The notes beneath the pieces were generated by a model. That model had not been told where the DNA came from and ran no database searches. It saw only the letters and a program-made list of their open reading frames with translations. A stretch of DNA of 61,502 nucleotides, filler included, from Diploschistes diacapsis (lineage: Eukaryota), in NCBI GenBank assembly GCA_023645945.1. It is 11 parts of 11 records of this genome, joined end to end, with 100 filler letters (N's around TTAATTAATTAA, not from the genome) between each part and the next. Parts side by side here need not be neighbours in the genome. Positions count along the whole stretch, not along the records: positions 1 to 26,061 come from JALAIB010000191.1; positions 26,162 to 29,616 come from JALAIB010001912.1; 9 more parts are not named here. One strand, written 5' to 3'. Both the position numbers and the translations under genes were made by a program. Below, in pieces: positions 13,916 through 27,590 of the stretch (position 1 is its first letter; the number at the start of each line of letters is the position of its first letter).

Positions 13916-14777
13916 ATTTCGGTTTCAGCGCAAGCTCGGAGTGAAGGAGTGGTCATGGGTCAAAGCGCTGGGGCTGGTGCGTCGTTATACAATCGATCGT
14001 CTTCAAATTTAGACGGAAAAGCGTGTATACTCTGCTTGATTGACCTACACCTTGGGATGTGTTTTGCTATTTATATGTCACGTGGTGTACATTGAATTAG
14101 CTATCACAGCGAAAAGCCTCCGGAAATGAAGCAGAAATACTGGTGATAGATATTGTTAGTTGAACGTTGAAAATGCTCCCCTCCATATTTGTGATTGTAT
14201 AGAGCCCGCAGGAAACTGGGAGCGGCAAGTACCATAGAACCACGCTAACAACTGGCACTTACTGGAAATGAAAAGTAGACTTGGAACTTGGCACGTACAG
14301 TAAAAGGCTGCCGTATGCGGCCAGCCAATCTTCTACTAAGTAATTCTCAGCGAAACGCAGCCAAACACGTTGACTGTCCTGAGCATCGCAGACTGGCATT
14401 GAAATCGATTATCACCTTTGAAATTCCCCTATTTTGTAGCTAGGGCAAAAGAGCAAGGCCGATACAGGTATCAGCGTATGATATCGAGATCGGGCAACTG
14501 ACGCATCATCCGATCGAGAACTAGTTGTTTATCTCAAAGGGTCCGGGCGTCAAGATTACTGCTATGAGCTAAGGTCAGGTAGAGCATGAGAGAGCGTCTC
14601 TGTGTAGCCCGGAAGAACTTGTTAACATTCACAACGATACGACATTTTATTCACTCGGTTTCGATGAAATATTAAAGGCGGCCTCCCTCTCCCTTGCGCA
14701 TCGTCCTCTACCCTATCAACGACTCCCGCTACAGCATCTTGCTACCTTATCAGAGTCGAGTATTCCAGCTAGTCGAT

Positions 14778-15763
14778 ATGGATGCGAAAGCTATCACCGA
14801 GAAGTCGAAAGAGCTTCAAAAAGCCGTCGGCTCAAATGCCGCCCCAGACGTCATCAAGAGCATTCTTAACGAACTCAGGAAGGGCGTGCAACCCTCTGAA
14901 GAAATTCTACGCTCGACAAGGATAGGCGTAACCGTGAACAAATTGAAACAGTACAAGTCACGCGACATTGCCGCACTAGCTCACGACATTGTTAGCAAAT
15001 GGCGAGAAGAAGTCGAAGCGAAGCGTGGCAATGGCGCCGCAAAGAAGCGCAGCGTAACCTCTCCTTCTGGTACTGGCTCACCAGCACCAAGCCAGCAGCA
15101 AGACACACTTAACAAATCACAACAACAGTACACCTCGCAACCATCAGAACCCACCACACCGAATGTTGCCCTTGACAAGCGTACCCAAAAAACGGACGGT
15201 ATCGAAGTCAAACCCACCGGGAACGCCGTGCGCGACCGCTGTGCCGGTCTCATCTACGACGGCCTCGCCTTTTCCTCGCCCGACCCGCCCAAAGCCGTTC
15301 TCACCAGCGCTTCAGCTATCGAAGCCGAAATCCACTCCAAACTAGGTCCTGAGGACAAGGAAGCCTACAAGACAAAAATCCGCTCCCTGTATCAGAATCT
15401 CAAAGCCAACGGTGATCTGCGCGGCGACTTACTTGGTGGTAAGGTAACGCCCGAGAAGTTTGTGGCAATGACGCATGAGGAGCTGAAGAGCGCGGATCGG
15501 CGAAAGGAGGACAAAGACCTGGAGAAAGAGAACATGCGGTTAGCACAAGCACCAAAGGAAGAAAAGAGCGTGAGCGCCTCTCTACAATGTAGCAAGTGCG
15601 GGAAGAAACAGGTTAGCTATACGCAGGCGCAGACGAGAAGCGCAGACGAACCGATGACGACGTTCTGCCATTGTTTGGCTTGTGGGAAGAGGTGGAAGGT
15701 AACTCTCCCTGCCTTGCCTGCCGGGTGCAGAATGCTGATACAAAGTCTGTGTAGTTCTCATGA
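14778..15763 (+). CDS. DST1: Transcription elongation factor TFIIS
   Basis: N-terminal LRSTRIGVTVNKL, central YKTKIRSLYQNLK, Zn ribbon CSKC...YTQAQTRSADEPMTTFCHCLAC. Intron 15699-15754 gives the terminal RWKFS*. Confidence 0.95.
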
Positions 15764-16676
15764 GCTAAGGCGACAGATGAACTACCGTCAGATATGCTCA
15801 ACTCGACTTTTGCGGCTGAAGTGCTAAGAAGGATCATACTCAAGGCATGCGTGCAAGATCGGTTGACTTAGAAGATAACATGGAGTGAATCTTTCTCGAG
15901 GAGAGTCGCGGGTATGCATTGATTTGGAGTTACTTCGACGGGCTCACGCTATGGCTCTGGGTAACGGCTCCGTTACTGCATACAGGTCAATTGTCTAATA
16001 AGATTTCAAAGCCGCCCGCACTGACTCGGAGGCAACTCATACTAGCTTATAACACCAAGAGAAGCCGTTGGTTATGTTCCCTGCATTCGTACGTTTTGCA
16101 AGTCAAGTGCATCTAAGACCTACGAAAGCCCTTCTTTTGTTGTACTACTGGTAAAGCATTTCTGCTCCATGGTAGAATTGCATGTCCGCGAGCTACATGA
16201 ACAATGAAAGTAGATACCAGCACTGTTGCAGTATATTTCGCAGCTCGCAGAACCTCGACGCCGCCCAACTACTGACGGTACTCCATACTCGTATCACTGT
16301 ATTAAGGAAGAAAACTAGGGCCATTCGTTCTGCCCATCCTGCCCTTCGAATATCTTTGAATATCCCATACTTTCAGTTACCATCGTGCGGACCTTCTCCT
16401 ATCTAAGACTCTTCTTAGCATAGGGCTGAGAAGGCTCCCCTGTCCGGAAACTAGTGCAGGAATGTCATATGAAAAAGCTGGAGTAAAGATGCTGGAGCAA
16501 GTGAGAGTTAAGCTGGTCCAGCAGCTCTTGTAAAAGACTTTCATACTATTTCGTAGTAGTGCGTAGTTTGCGATGACAGAGACAAACAAAAATTTCCCAT
16601 TTAACACAGCATTGACCATGCCTTGATGATGATGCCTGGTAGTGTGGGCTGGAAACTCGTTCGCGCCCGGCAGATG

Positions 16677-16742
16677 GAAACTGAGAGAAGCTTCCACAAG
16701 CTTCAGACCGGCTACCTGGGTGACGGCCGCTAGGCTATATAA
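16677..16742 (+). promoter_or_regulatory. Heat-shock element and TATA box upstream of HSP90
   Basis: GAA(16677), GAA(16687)-gc-TTC-ca-cAA-gc-TTC(16702): nGAAn inverted pentamers on a 5-bp register. TATATAA at 16736-16742. Confidence 0.7.
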
Positions 16743-16864
16743 TTTTGAGCTTCACTTGAGAATTTTTTTCCTTCCATTTCTCCCACAAAACATCACTCCT
16801 CCAAATTCACATTACTTTGAAGTTGTCTCACTCAAATAAATACTACCCAATACACATATCTGAG

Positions 16865-16956
16865 GTAAGCTTTCAAGTCCCTATTATCGGGCCTGTTGAA
16901 GCTTTCAGTTACACCAAGAATACCACTAATTGAACTGAGTGCTAATTGGTCTTTAG
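16865..16956 (+). other. Probable 5'-UTR intron of HSP90
   Basis: GTAAGC donor, GCTAAT branch point and TTTAG acceptor, 22 nt before the ATG. Confidence 0.65.
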
Positions 16957-16978
16957 CAACTAGTCCATACTCGCCAAA

Positions 16979-19150
16979 ATGCCTTCTGGAGAGACGTTTG
17001 AGTTTCAGGCTGAGATCTCTCAGCTCCTTTCCCTCATCATCAACACTGTCTACTCCAATAAGGAAATTTTCCTACGAGAAATCATCTCAAATTCTTCAGA
17101 TGCTCTCGACAAGATCCGCTATCAGGCCCTTTCGGACCCAAGCCAGCTCGATTCGGGCAAGGATTTGCGCATTGACATTATTCCAGACAAAGAAAACAAG
17201 ACGCTGACTATCCAAGATACCGGTATTGGTATGACCAAGGCCGTAAGTGATCCTCGGCATGTATGAGTGTTACAGGCAACTAATAGAATTCAGGATCTGG
17301 TCAACAACCTTGGAACGATCGCCAAGTCCGGTACCAAACAGTTCATGGAGGCGCTCACTGCTGGCGCTGATATTTCCATGATTGGTCAGTTTGGTGTTGG
17401 TTTCTACTCGGCATATCTTGTAGCCGACAAGGTTACGGTCGTCTCCAAGCACAATGATGACGAGCAGTACGTGTGGGAGTCGAGTGCCGGCGGCACTTTC
17501 ACCTTGACTCCTGATGAGTCCGGCGCACAGATCGGCCGTGGCACGAAGATAATCCTTCACCTCAAGGATGAGCAAACCGACTACCTAAATGAGAGCAAGA
17601 TTAAGGAGGTTGTCAAGAAACACTCTGAATTCATCTCATACCCGATCTATCTTCACGTTACCAAGGAGACTGAGAAGGAGGTTCCTGACGAGGACGCGGA
17701 AGAGGAGACTGCTGAGGAGGAGGATGCCGAGAAGAAGGCTAAAATCGAGGAGGTTGAAGATGAAGATGAAGAAAAGGAGAAGAAGAAAAAGACGAAGAAG
17801 GTCAAGGAGAGCAAGGTCGAGGAGGAAGAGCTCAACAAGACCAAGCCGATCTGGACCAGAAACCCAACAGACATTTCGGCTGAGGAGTATGGTGCATTCT
17901 ACAAGTCGCTCTCGAACGACTGGGAAGATCACCTTGCTGTAAAGCACTTCTCGGTCGAAGGTCAGCTCGAGTTCCGCGCCATCCTCTTCGTTCCTAAGCG
18001 AGCACCTTTCGATCTCTTCGAAACCAAGAAGACCAAGAACAACATCAAACTCTACGTCCGTCGTGTCTTTATCACCGATGACGCCACTGACCTCATTCCC
18101 GAATGGCTTAGCTTCGTCAAGGGTGTCGTGGACTCCGAGGATCTTCCTTTGAACCTGTCTCGTGAGACTCTGCAGCAGAACAAGATTATGAAGGTTATCA
18201 AGAAGAACATTGTCAAGAAGACGCTTGAGCTCTTCAACGAGATTGCCGAGGACCGCGAGCAATTCGACAAGTTCTACACTGCGTTCAGCAAGAACATCAA
18301 GCTCGGCATCCACGAGGACTCGCAGAACCGCCAGTCTCTCGCCAAGCTCCTTCGCTTCAACTCTACAAAGTCTGGCGATGAGACGACTTCGCTCACCGAC
18401 TACATCACCCGCATGTCGGAGCACCAGAAGAACATGTACTACATCACCGGTGAATCGCTCAAGGCCGTTGCCAAGTCTCCTTTCCTCGACACCCTTAAGG
18501 AGAAGGGCTTCGAGGTGCTCTTCCTTGTCGACCCCATCGACGAGTATGCCATGACTCAGCTCAAGGAGTTTGACGGCAAGAAGCTCGTTGATATCACCAA
18601 GGACTTTGAGCTTGAGGAGACCGACGACGAGAAGAAGCAGCGGGAGGCCGAGGAGAAAGAGTACGAGCCTCTCGCCAAGGCTCTCAAGAACGTTTTGGGT
18701 GACAAGGTCGAGAAGGTCATTGTCTCGCACAAGTTGGTTGGTGCTCCTTGTGCCATTCGTACCGGCCAGTTCGGTTGGTCAGCCAACATGGAGCGTATCA
18801 TGAAGGCTCAGGCTCTTCGTGATACCTCGATGAGCTCTTACATGTCATCCAAGAAGACTTTTGAGATTTCGCCCAAGTCCAAGATCATCCAGGAATTGAG
18901 GAAGAAGGTTGAAGCCGATGGAGAGAATGACCGCACCGTCAAATCGATTACTCAACTCCTGTTCGAGACTTCTCTCCTAGTCTCCGGCTTCACCATTGAC
19001 GAGCCTGCTGGATTCGCCGAGCGTATCCACAAGCTCGTGAGCCTCGGTCTCAACGTCGACGAGGATGCAGAAACGACAGAGGAGGCGGCCGAGGAACCCC
19101 AAGCGGCGACGGAAGGCACCACGGAGACTGCCATGGAGGAGGTTGACTAG
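16979..19150 (+). CDS. HSP90: Cytosolic heat shock protein 90
   Basis: [43 protein letters not shown], terminal MEEVD. Intron 17243-17293. Confidence 0.99.
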
Positions 19151-19413
19151 AGGTAAAAGATCCTTTGCTTCATCTGTTTGTGTTACCAGACTTCTGAGTA
19201 GATCTTATGAGTCACGCTAGTTTAATGTGCTGAGTTTGGCGCAAGGGCAGGAGGGCATCACGGCGGCTCTCATAGCGATGTCTGAAGAGCAAGAGCGTAG
19301 GGAGCAAAGATAAAAATCAATAATTTCAAATTCAAATTCATATTGTGACTTAGTATGTACATACATGTATGAGAGCTCCTTCTCTTGCAGGGTTTTATTT
19401 TGTACGTAATCCG

Positions 19414-19448
19414 TAGTAGAATAGTAGAATAGTAGAATAGTAGAATAG
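19414..19448. repeat. 8-bp tandem repeat (AGTAGAAT), about 4 copies
   Basis: gtagtagaatagtagaatagtagaatagtagaatag. Confidence 0.8.
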
Positions 19449-19917
19449 CCATCACGTTGAGGTGCGGTAGTCTATACTACATTGCCACAGCCAGGTCTTG
19501 AAGTTGTTGGATGGCAACTGGACGGTCCCTGGGTCAATCTTGCGGGATGGCACTTAAATGGGTAATTCTAGCGAATTTGGAACCTGAAGGCTGTCGGCCG
19601 GATAGTAGCGTGGGGTCAGCTTTTTCCTTCTCGCATGCATGATCGAGCTCGGCACTCTTTCCTCGAATCGTATCTCTCTCCCAGACTGCCACTCACTTTC
19701 ATTCATTCGTTCATTCATCCGACAACCTTCAATACCACAGTGACCACCTTACTTCAGCTATAGATCCCCTCGCAAGCCCTCTGGATCTTAGTATTTTAGA
19801 AAGGCTCACCGACGCAGTCGCCAAGTTGAGGTTTCCCACACCCTTGCACCCCGCGTCCACACGCGGACCTCGCATCAGATACCCAAACACGCCACCACTT
19901 CCTTTTCGCACACTGCA

Positions 19918-21963
19918 ATGAACAGCGAAGCCAACCTGTCATGGCCCTCTATGGTTCATACCTCGGACGATGAATTCGCTAACTTCCTAAACCTACCTGA
20001 CCTGCCGGAGCTAGATATCGACTTTTCGAATTTCGATTCCGAAGCAGATGCAAATGCTGTCGCTGGTCGGGCCATACACGATGCACAACCATCGTTATAT
20101 GATCGCTGTGGTCGATCAGGGTACTACGCAGGAGATGCGGGTATGCGCGATGACACGATGATCCTAGAGCCTGCTTCGGCGACAGACATCAATATGCTAA
20201 AGGGGGGAATATCGGGCTTGCAAGTACAGTCGGGCAACAACACGCAAGTGGTTCGTCATGTGCACGCGGGCCAGCAGCCAACACAGTTCCATGGCCAGGG
20301 TCGAATCCCGCCAACTCCCACGAGCCTCGATATCAATGCTAATCGAAGCCATTTCGCTCCCGTGGACCCGCAACAACAGGCCATGTATGACGCTCACTTT
20401 CGGAAGCAGCAACAAGAGGTCTGTGTTCCTTCCCCCTTTTGAAATTTTACGACCTCTGTTACTGAACGAGGCAAGATGGTCTTTACGCCTCTGGGGACGC
20501 CAGCAGTGACCCCATTGGACCGCCAGTACCAGATGCCGGAATACACCACGCCAGGCGCATATTTCAGTCCACTCGCCTCGCCAGCGTTGATTCCTCAAAG
20601 CACAACCTCAGCCGAGCGATCTGCGTATCCTCGCTTTCATGCTTCAGATCATTCCGAGACTACTTCGCCCATCGACATGAATTTTGACCAGGCTCTGAAG
20701 GTAGCAGCAACTTCGGCGCCGGCGAGTAAGAGACAGAAGAAACGATCTCCCTCGGGCAGTTCAAGGCCGGCCGCCAGATCGGTACGTGAGTCGCCCGCAA
20801 TGAAACCTCAAAGGAAGAAGCAGTCGACGAGCACGGTGATTTCGGCCAAGGATGCCGCAGAGGTTATCGCCAGCGCTAGCAGACCCAAGACTTCCGGAGG
20901 CTCTCAGCGTACGAGAGATAGTTTATGGTTGCCTGCAAGTCGACACAACTCGGAGTCTGATTCGATATCACCCGAGCCACTCTCGGATCTGATGCCGCCT
21001 CCCGCAACCCCGAGACCTGGGTCTGCCGCAAAATCACCCTACATGACAGGGCAGATGGAAGTACAGTCGGCAAGTGGGCATGCAGCGAGCGCTTCCGCTA
21101 CCCCCAGGTCCTTGGTGGAGATCCAGAAGCCAAGCAACCGGCCTCGGCCCGGCTTAAAGGGGGATACCGAGATGCAAGACATTTCGCTCGGGGAAGCGGC
21201 CATGGATACGGCGACGTTCTTGCCCAAAATCGACACGTTAGTGACCGACGTTCAGCCAGCCCCTACGATTATGGGCCAGGGCGGCCACATAAGTGCATCG
21301 ACAACCGGCCCTGCGCCTATCCCGCCAAGCCCCACCGCGAGCTCTGCGCCCACCCCAAAGACCTTGGGTTCAAGGGCCAAAAATGATTTCAAAGTGCCAG
21401 CGAAGGGTAAGAAGCGCACCAGCTCGTCCCATGCCAGCCCCGCGCTGCGCCCCCGTATTTCTCCCAGCATCAAACCTTTGCTTCCTGAAGGAAGTAAGTT
21501 GTAACAGTCTCCAATTTCCCAAGATTCGAGGGTCTGACCGGTTGCAGCAAGCATGAACGCCGAGACGTCGGCGTTGCTCCTTGCCAGCAAGTCGAACTAC
21601 CAGAACCTTATCGAGGGCACGCATCTCCCCGGCGTGACGTATCCAGAGGCTCTTTCGGAGAACCTCACGAGCAAACGCACGTCGCACAAGATTGCCGAGC
21701 AGGGTCGACGAAATCGCATCAACACTGCGCTGCAGGAGATTGCTTCCTTGCTTCCACATGGCAGGGACCTGGAGACTGACGGGAGCGCAACGCCCTCGAT
21801 GGCGGCAGGTAACAGCAAAGCGACGACGGTGGAGGCGGCGATCGACTACATCAAGACGCTGCAGATGGAGCTCAGGGTGACAAAGGGAAAGCTGGCCGAT
21901 GCCGAAGGGAAGCTGGAAGATATGCAAGGCTCGAACGGGGTGGAAAGGGAGATGGAAGGTTAG
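19918..21963 (+). CDS. PHO4: Phosphate-response bHLH transcription factor Pho4/NUC-1/PalcA
   Basis: VFTPL..PAVTPL and YFSPLASPAL motifs, ALLLASKSNYQNLIEG, bHLH SKRTSHKIAEQGRRNRIN...NSKATTVEAAIDYI. Introns 20419-20475 and 21494-21547. Confidence 0.93.
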
Positions 21964-23223
21964 GGCTGATGGGGAGGGGGACACATGTGCGGAGTCACTT
22001 TTCATCGGGTTAAAAATGGTTCGGGTAACGAGTCGTCGTCGTATGGCGGCGCTCTTGGGGGGAGGGCGGTATGATACCCCGGGCGGGCGAGCGTGAATTG
22101 TGCTCGTAGCCCATACACTCAGTTTTACTGACCTTGGTCGATGACATATCTATCTGTACGTTGCCATAAAAGGAAAATAGGATAGGTTTTACAAATTAAA
22201 GTTAAAGCGGCATGACTAGTCCCGGGAGAACTCCGAAGTGCTAGTTGAACCGGGGATGTCGATGTTTGAATGGGGTAGTTCCACTGCAGCCTTTTTTTTT
22301 TTTTTGGTTTTTATTTGACGTCGACACCAATTGGCTCTTTTCAGGGCGGGGCTTGTTGAAAATCTCACCCACTTGCTGCGCGAAGGTTTTGTTCTTGTAA
22401 GGTGGGAGGGGTTTTGTTTGTAAGGGCTTTATGATGGGAGCTTCCGGTGGGTGAGAAGACGCAGCGTTTTCTTTATTTTACCTAATGAGGGGGGGGTGGC
22501 CCCGCGGGGAACATTCAAGAAGAAATGGAAGAATAGGGCTATGTCGGGAGAGGCTTCAATGGGGTATATCCAATCACTAGCGCAGCGCTGGAGTCTCTGA
22601 CAGTGTTTGCGCTGTTGCAGCCAATGGAAATGTATAGTTATGAGTTAGTGTATGGTGTATGGTGAAAGCGCACTAGTATTCGGACATTGGTGGCAGCTGA
22701 GGCGCCATCAAGCCTATCATGCGCCGGTTCTGGTGATGGAGATTTGGTTGGTGTCGGTGAATCGATGGCTGGTGACTAATAATAACAGAATAGACTTGAA
22801 CTGGCCACTTGTTTCGCTCGTGTGGGCGAATAGACGCCTCGAAGCAGTAAAGGAGTAAGGACACGATTGGGCGCTTGGTCTGCTGGGCTATTATAGCACC
22901 GGAGGTCTCATGAGAGTGTGCATCCTCAATCACACCGTCAACCTGCTTTGTATACCGTTTCTCAATCATTGTCTCCGACTTTTACCTCCCATTCTTTCTT
23001 TCTTTCTTTCCTACCTTTCTACGTCTCGACCTGGTCCAAGACTTTTGCTTCTGACTCGACGAGCTAGCTCACAGTGTCGACCACTGTCATTCTTTCAATT
23101 TAATTTTGACAGGTTATTGATAGCCTCGTTTACTTCGAGTCGGCTCACTTCAAGAGAGACACTTCGCTTCTATCCGCGAAGAGTTGGAAGAATTCAACCA
23201 GTTTTCTCCCCAACAACCCCAGA

Positions 23224-24564
23224 ATGTTCGGTATCAATATGGTGCGGGCCACTATTATGCTTGCTGGATTGGCCGCCCCGCACGTCGAGGCTGGCATCAC
23301 ACTCAGTATCAGCGATACCTGTAAGCAAGAAGGACTGTTAATCATTCACGAAGCTGATCTTTGCTCTTACAGCCTCCATCAAGAGCGCCGCTTCCGACAT
23401 CGTTTACGACATGCTCAAGACATACTATACCGGAAACGTGACTGGAGGAGCCAACGTTGGTCTTCTGCCCCAACCATACTATTGGTGGGAAGCCGGGTAA
23501 AGTTTTTTCTATACCTTCGTGGCCTTTCTTGTCTAATTATTTGCAGCGCAATGTGGGGAGGTCTGGTAGACTACAGCCACTACACGGGAGATTCCTCGTA
23601 CGACGCTACCGTCGGCCAAGCCATCGTCTCGCAGGCGTCCCCCACCGTCGACTTCATGATGCCCAACCAGCACTTTGACCTCGGCAACGACGACCAAGTC
23701 TTCTGGGCCCTGACGGCCATGTCCGCCGCCGAGTACGACTTTGCCGTCCCGTCCGGCAGCCCGAGCGACATCTACTACCAGCTCTCGATGAACACCTTCA
23801 ACGACATGACCGGCCGCTGGAACCTCACCCAATGCGACGGCGGCCTCAAGTGGCAGATCTTCCCGTCCAACAACGGATACGACTACAAGTCCTCCATCGC
23901 CAACGGTGGCTTCTTCCAGCTCGCTGCCCGCCTGGCCCGGTACACCGGCAACGTCACCTACGCCGAATGGGCCGACCAGACCTACAATTGGATGGAGAGC
24001 ATCGGCTTCGTCGGCCCCAACTACGCAGTCTTCGACGGCGCCGGCGACCTGCAGAACTGCTCCGCCGTCGACCACGACCAGTGGAGCTACAACGCCGCGA
24101 CCATGATCCACGGCTCGGCCGTCATGTACAACATCACGCAGGCGGACAAGTGGTACAACCGCACCCTGGGCCTTGTGGCCTCGGCCAACGCCACCTTCTT
24201 CTCCCCCTACGCGAACGCGACGGACGTCATGTTCGAGCAGAACTGTGAGCGGACGAACGGCTGCGACACGGACCAGTTTTCCTTCAAGGCCTACCTGAGC
24301 CGCTGGATGGCCAAAAGCACGCTCATGCTGGCCGATCTCGGCTCGACGATACAGCCGCTGCTGCAGGCCAGCGCACAGGCGGCCGCGGCGAGCTGTGCGG
24401 GCGGCGCCAGCGGGAGGATGTGCGGGACCAAGTGGTATGTTGGCGGCTGGGACGGGAGCCAGGGCGTTGGCCAGCAGATGAGCGCGCTGGAGACGATCCA
24501 GAGTCTGCTGGTGGGTACGGTCAGCGTTGCAGGGATGCTGCCAAGTACGACGACCTCCCGGTGA
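23224..24564 (+). CDS. GH76 endo-alpha-1,6-mannanase, Dfg5/Dcw1-like, secreted
   Basis: Signal peptide, [12 protein letters not shown], catalytic [44 protein letters not shown]. Introns 23321-23372 and 23497-23546. Confidence 0.93.
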   Translation: MFGINMVRATIMLAGLAAPHVEAGITLSISDTCKQEGLLIIHEADLCSYSLHQERRFRHRLRHAQDILYRKRDWRSQRWSSAPTILLVGSRVKFFLYLRGLSCLIICSAMWGGLVDYSHYTGDSSYDATVGQAIVSQASPTVDFMMPNQHFDLGNDDQVFWALTAMSAAEYDFAVPSGSPSDIYYQLSMNTFNDMTGRWNLTQCDGGLKWQIFPSNNGYDYKSSIANGGFFQLAARLARYTGNVTYAEWADQTYNWMESIGFVGPNYAVFDGAGDLQNCSAVDHDQWSYNAATMIHGSAVMYNITQADKWYNRTLGLVASANATFFSPYANATDVMFEQNCERTNGCDTDQFSFKAYLSRWMAKSTLMLADLGSTIQPLLQASAQAAAASCAGGASGRMCGTKWYVGGWDGSQGVGQQMSALETIQSLLVGTVSVAGMLPSTTTSR

Positions 24565-25944
24565 GAGGGGGGGTGGGGGCGGGGGCTGGTTAGTGTGAGC
24601 TTTGCTCATATTTAAATGGGCGAGGACGATGTGAAGAAGCCGTGCGGATCCGAGCAAGCGGCTGCACGCTACTTACTGCAAGGCTTTTACGATATGCGGA
24701 TGTCCGTTTCGCTGGGTTGTGTATGTACATAGCTGGCGCCAGTGCTTTGACCGGTACATTACATATTTACGCTCATGATCATGACTAAAGGTCTCGCAGC
24801 TGCTCTTGGGCGATATATCAACATTATTGGCACTCCGAAGCCTAACCCGCTTAGCGACTTTGCTTTGACAAGTCCAGTGGAAAAGCTATCAATGCACAAA
24901 GGAGTTTAGGGATGTTGGATAGATCACTAGAGGGAAAATGTTACTGCAGGCTTCCTCCCCACCCCCAAGATTGTCTTCATACACCCGTGATGGCTATCCC
25001 TTTTCCCCTCCCTACCACGCTGTCCCAGCCAGATATTCTTCTCCCTCTTTTATGCTTGTCGCTGCCTTGTTTACCTTCCCCACCACGCAGGTGACAGATG
25101 CACCACTTATAGAGGGTAGAGTTGCACAGCTCTTTTTGCATGCCTTAGTTTCTGCATTGGGCTTTCCTAAAACTTCTCTGCCGGTTCTGTGCTTTTTCCT
25201 TCCCCCTCTTTTTACCTTTAGGGCTGAACTCTACCCTCCTGGGCTTTGTGGGGCTTGGCTTGTCCCCTCCCTCGGGCCGAGATGACTTACTCTGTTACTT
25301 CAAGAGGGTGACGGCTCAACTCCCCAGCCAACGACGGCAGCGTACAGTTAGACCGGTCTCGAATTCGGTACCAGCCTTGGGATGCGGGAAGTCCCGAGAC
25401 TCTGAGGGAGAAGAGAGTGTGCATGTGGACATGGATGCCTGAAGGGTCAGGATGCGGCTTTTCGGGGTTGGACGGGTGAGCGCTTGCTGGCTGGCCGTGA
25501 TGATGAAGACGGAGATGAGAGATGAGAGTTGAGCGTTGGTGAAGGGGGCGTCGAGATATATGTAGATAGGGTAGGCTAGCTGGAGGAGATGCAGAAAATA
25601 CAGGCTGCTGCTATACAAGATGTTGGCCATGTCCCGGTTTCCTGGGATGCAAGCAAGCACATTGAGTGACGGCAGTCCAATCTGGCATTTCGAGAGAAAG
25701 AGAGCGGGCAGCTTAGCAAGGCAAGCGAGCACTTAATGCAATAGCGCGAAAAGAATTGCAGCCATCCCACAAACAGCAGATCCGAAAAGCCTTGGATCAA
25801 CCCTTTCCTCGGTCCATCATACCACCCGAAGCGAGAAGCGAAGCAAGCAAACACCATCTCGACACCGTGTCTTCCCACCGCGCCCCAGCAGAAACCATTC
25901 CGCATCGCCATCATCGCGCTCCGGCCTCTCGGGCCGAGCACTGG

Positions 25945-26061
25945 CGCTCTTCCTCCTCCACTTCTCCTCTCCCTCCTCCTCCTCCACCACCAACAACAAC
26001 ACCACCACCACCACCACTACTCCCAGCTCCACCGCCCCGCCCCCTATCATCCACCCTCTAC
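25945..26061. repeat. (CCT)n/(CCA)n low-complexity tract at contig end
   Basis: cctcctcct...ccaccaccaacaacaacaccaccaccacc. Confidence 0.8.
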
Positions 26062-26161
26062 NNNNNNNNNNNNNNNNNNNNNNNNNNNNNNNNNNNNNNN
26101 NNNNNTTAATTAATTAANNNNNNNNNNNNNNNNNNNNNNNNNNNNNNNNNNNNNNNNNNNN
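26062..26161. other. Artificial contig linker (N44-TTAATTAATTAA-N44)
   Basis: The same 100-bp six-frame-stop spacer also occurs at 29617-29716, 33171-33270, 36723-36822, 40275-40374, 43826-43925, 47376-47475, 50924-51023, 54454-54553 and 57983-58082. Confidence 0.98.
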
Positions 26162-27260
26162 CCCCCCCCCAGAGTACTGTATGCCAGCGACTAACAATAC
26201 AAATGATTATGCAAGGCCAGGGTTTTCGCCTGCTGTGCTGAAGAGCCCTTTGAACCACTGAACCAAGTTATCCAGTCCCAGGTCGAGATGGGACAGCGCC
26301 AGAAGAAACGAGCGTATATCCGGCCAGACAGCGGTTCTGGGGTATTTAAAACCAGTACGATTCTTGTGAGACATACTGCGGCTCCAGTTGGTACCGCCAA
26401 CCATATGGGCACTCCCACTTGACAGCCCGCAAAACAAGGAAACCGACCGAGCGGACAAGACGTCCTTTTGGAGGCCAAGAAAAGCGTGCTTGGCGGGGGT
26501 CCTATTTGAGCACGGAGTTGATGCAGTCTTGCTTGTTGCAATGTTTCCCCCAATCGAGGAACTACCAACTTTGCCAGAAGGGCAGAAGGCCAGTCAAACA
26601 AGGCGGAAGCAGCTCCCAAGAGCGCCTTGTAAAACGCCCACCTCTCCCCCTTTCTCGTATCGATTAATCCTACTTTCGGGAAGATTGGCGCTTTTTCAAT
26701 AATGACGCGTTGATCGTTGGCCAAACCGCCGTGACGGCCATAACCATTGGCAAGGGGCTTTTAACCTGCATGTATGTAGATTTGAAGGAAAGGAACATCG
26801 TCGCAAGCCATGAACACAAGTTGCGTTGCGGAAGGATCTCCGCTCTGTGCACAATTTTGCCTTGGACGAGGTCTTCTATGATACTTGGGAAGTCTCCTCT
26901 TCTGGAGTGAGATTCCCCCCCCCCCAAAAAATACACCAGGATCAGGCGGTGCGGGTCCCCAAAGGACGCTCTTTGCGCATGTGTTGGACCAAGTATCCAT
27001 TGCCGAATTCCAGGCTCTTCTACACGCCCATGGAGAGAGTATGGGGGCTACACGAAGCTCGCTCGTTCGTTCGTTCTACGTTGTACATGAAAATGCGGGC
27101 TGTGCTGACTTGTTAGCGGGCAGCCCTCTGGGGCTGAGGGTTGGTGTATCGATAACTGCCCGCTACTATGACGATGTTGGGGTTTTGTCTCATCGCAACA
27201 TGCTATGGCGCAAAACAGAGGGCTCGATGGATGACTAGTTCTTGAGGTATATTATATAAG

Positions 27261-27299
<39 letters not shown>
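27261..27299. repeat. Compound microsatellite (TA)n(TG)n
   Basis: tatatata...tatgtgtgtgtgtgt. Confidence 0.9.
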
Positions 27300-27514
27300 T
27301 GGATATTACGCCAATTTCGCGAGGAAAGAGTGGGGGAAGTGCCCATGGAAACTTCAGATGAAAAATGGGTGCAGATTGCGACAGAAAGCAGCGAGGTGAC
27401 CGAGGTAAAGGTATGGATGATGGTGTGCCTGAAAAAAGCTGTTCAGCCAATCAGCTATTCAGCAAATCAGCAATTCAGTAAAAGCAGCAAATCAGCAGCA
27501 AAAGTCGGTGTGGT

Positions 27515-27590
27515 GTTGTCCTTTTGCTCTGTCCTTTACTTGTCCTTTACTGTTCTTTACTGTTCTTTACTGTCCTTTACTGTCCTTTGC
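27515..27590. repeat. 10-bp tandem repeat (TGTYCTTTAC), about 6 copies
   Basis: tgtcctttac tgttctttac tgttctttac tgtcctttac tgtcctttgc. Confidence 0.8.

Noticed and set aside
14079..14084. CACGTG as a Pho4 site
   Set aside because: A single hexamer is expected by chance and is not upstream of a phosphate-related gene.
17636..18730. 364-aa antisense ORF over HSP90 (likewise 23533-24657 over GH76, 28372-29175 over BYS1, 778-1488 over the SDR)
   Set aside because: Shadow ORFs produced by strong codon bias of the sense genes; no independent motifs.
26106..26117. TTAATTAATTAA recurring every 3.5 kb or so, as a possible regulatory or recombination repeat
   Set aside because: Always centred in an identical N-run; it is a six-frame-stop assembly linker.
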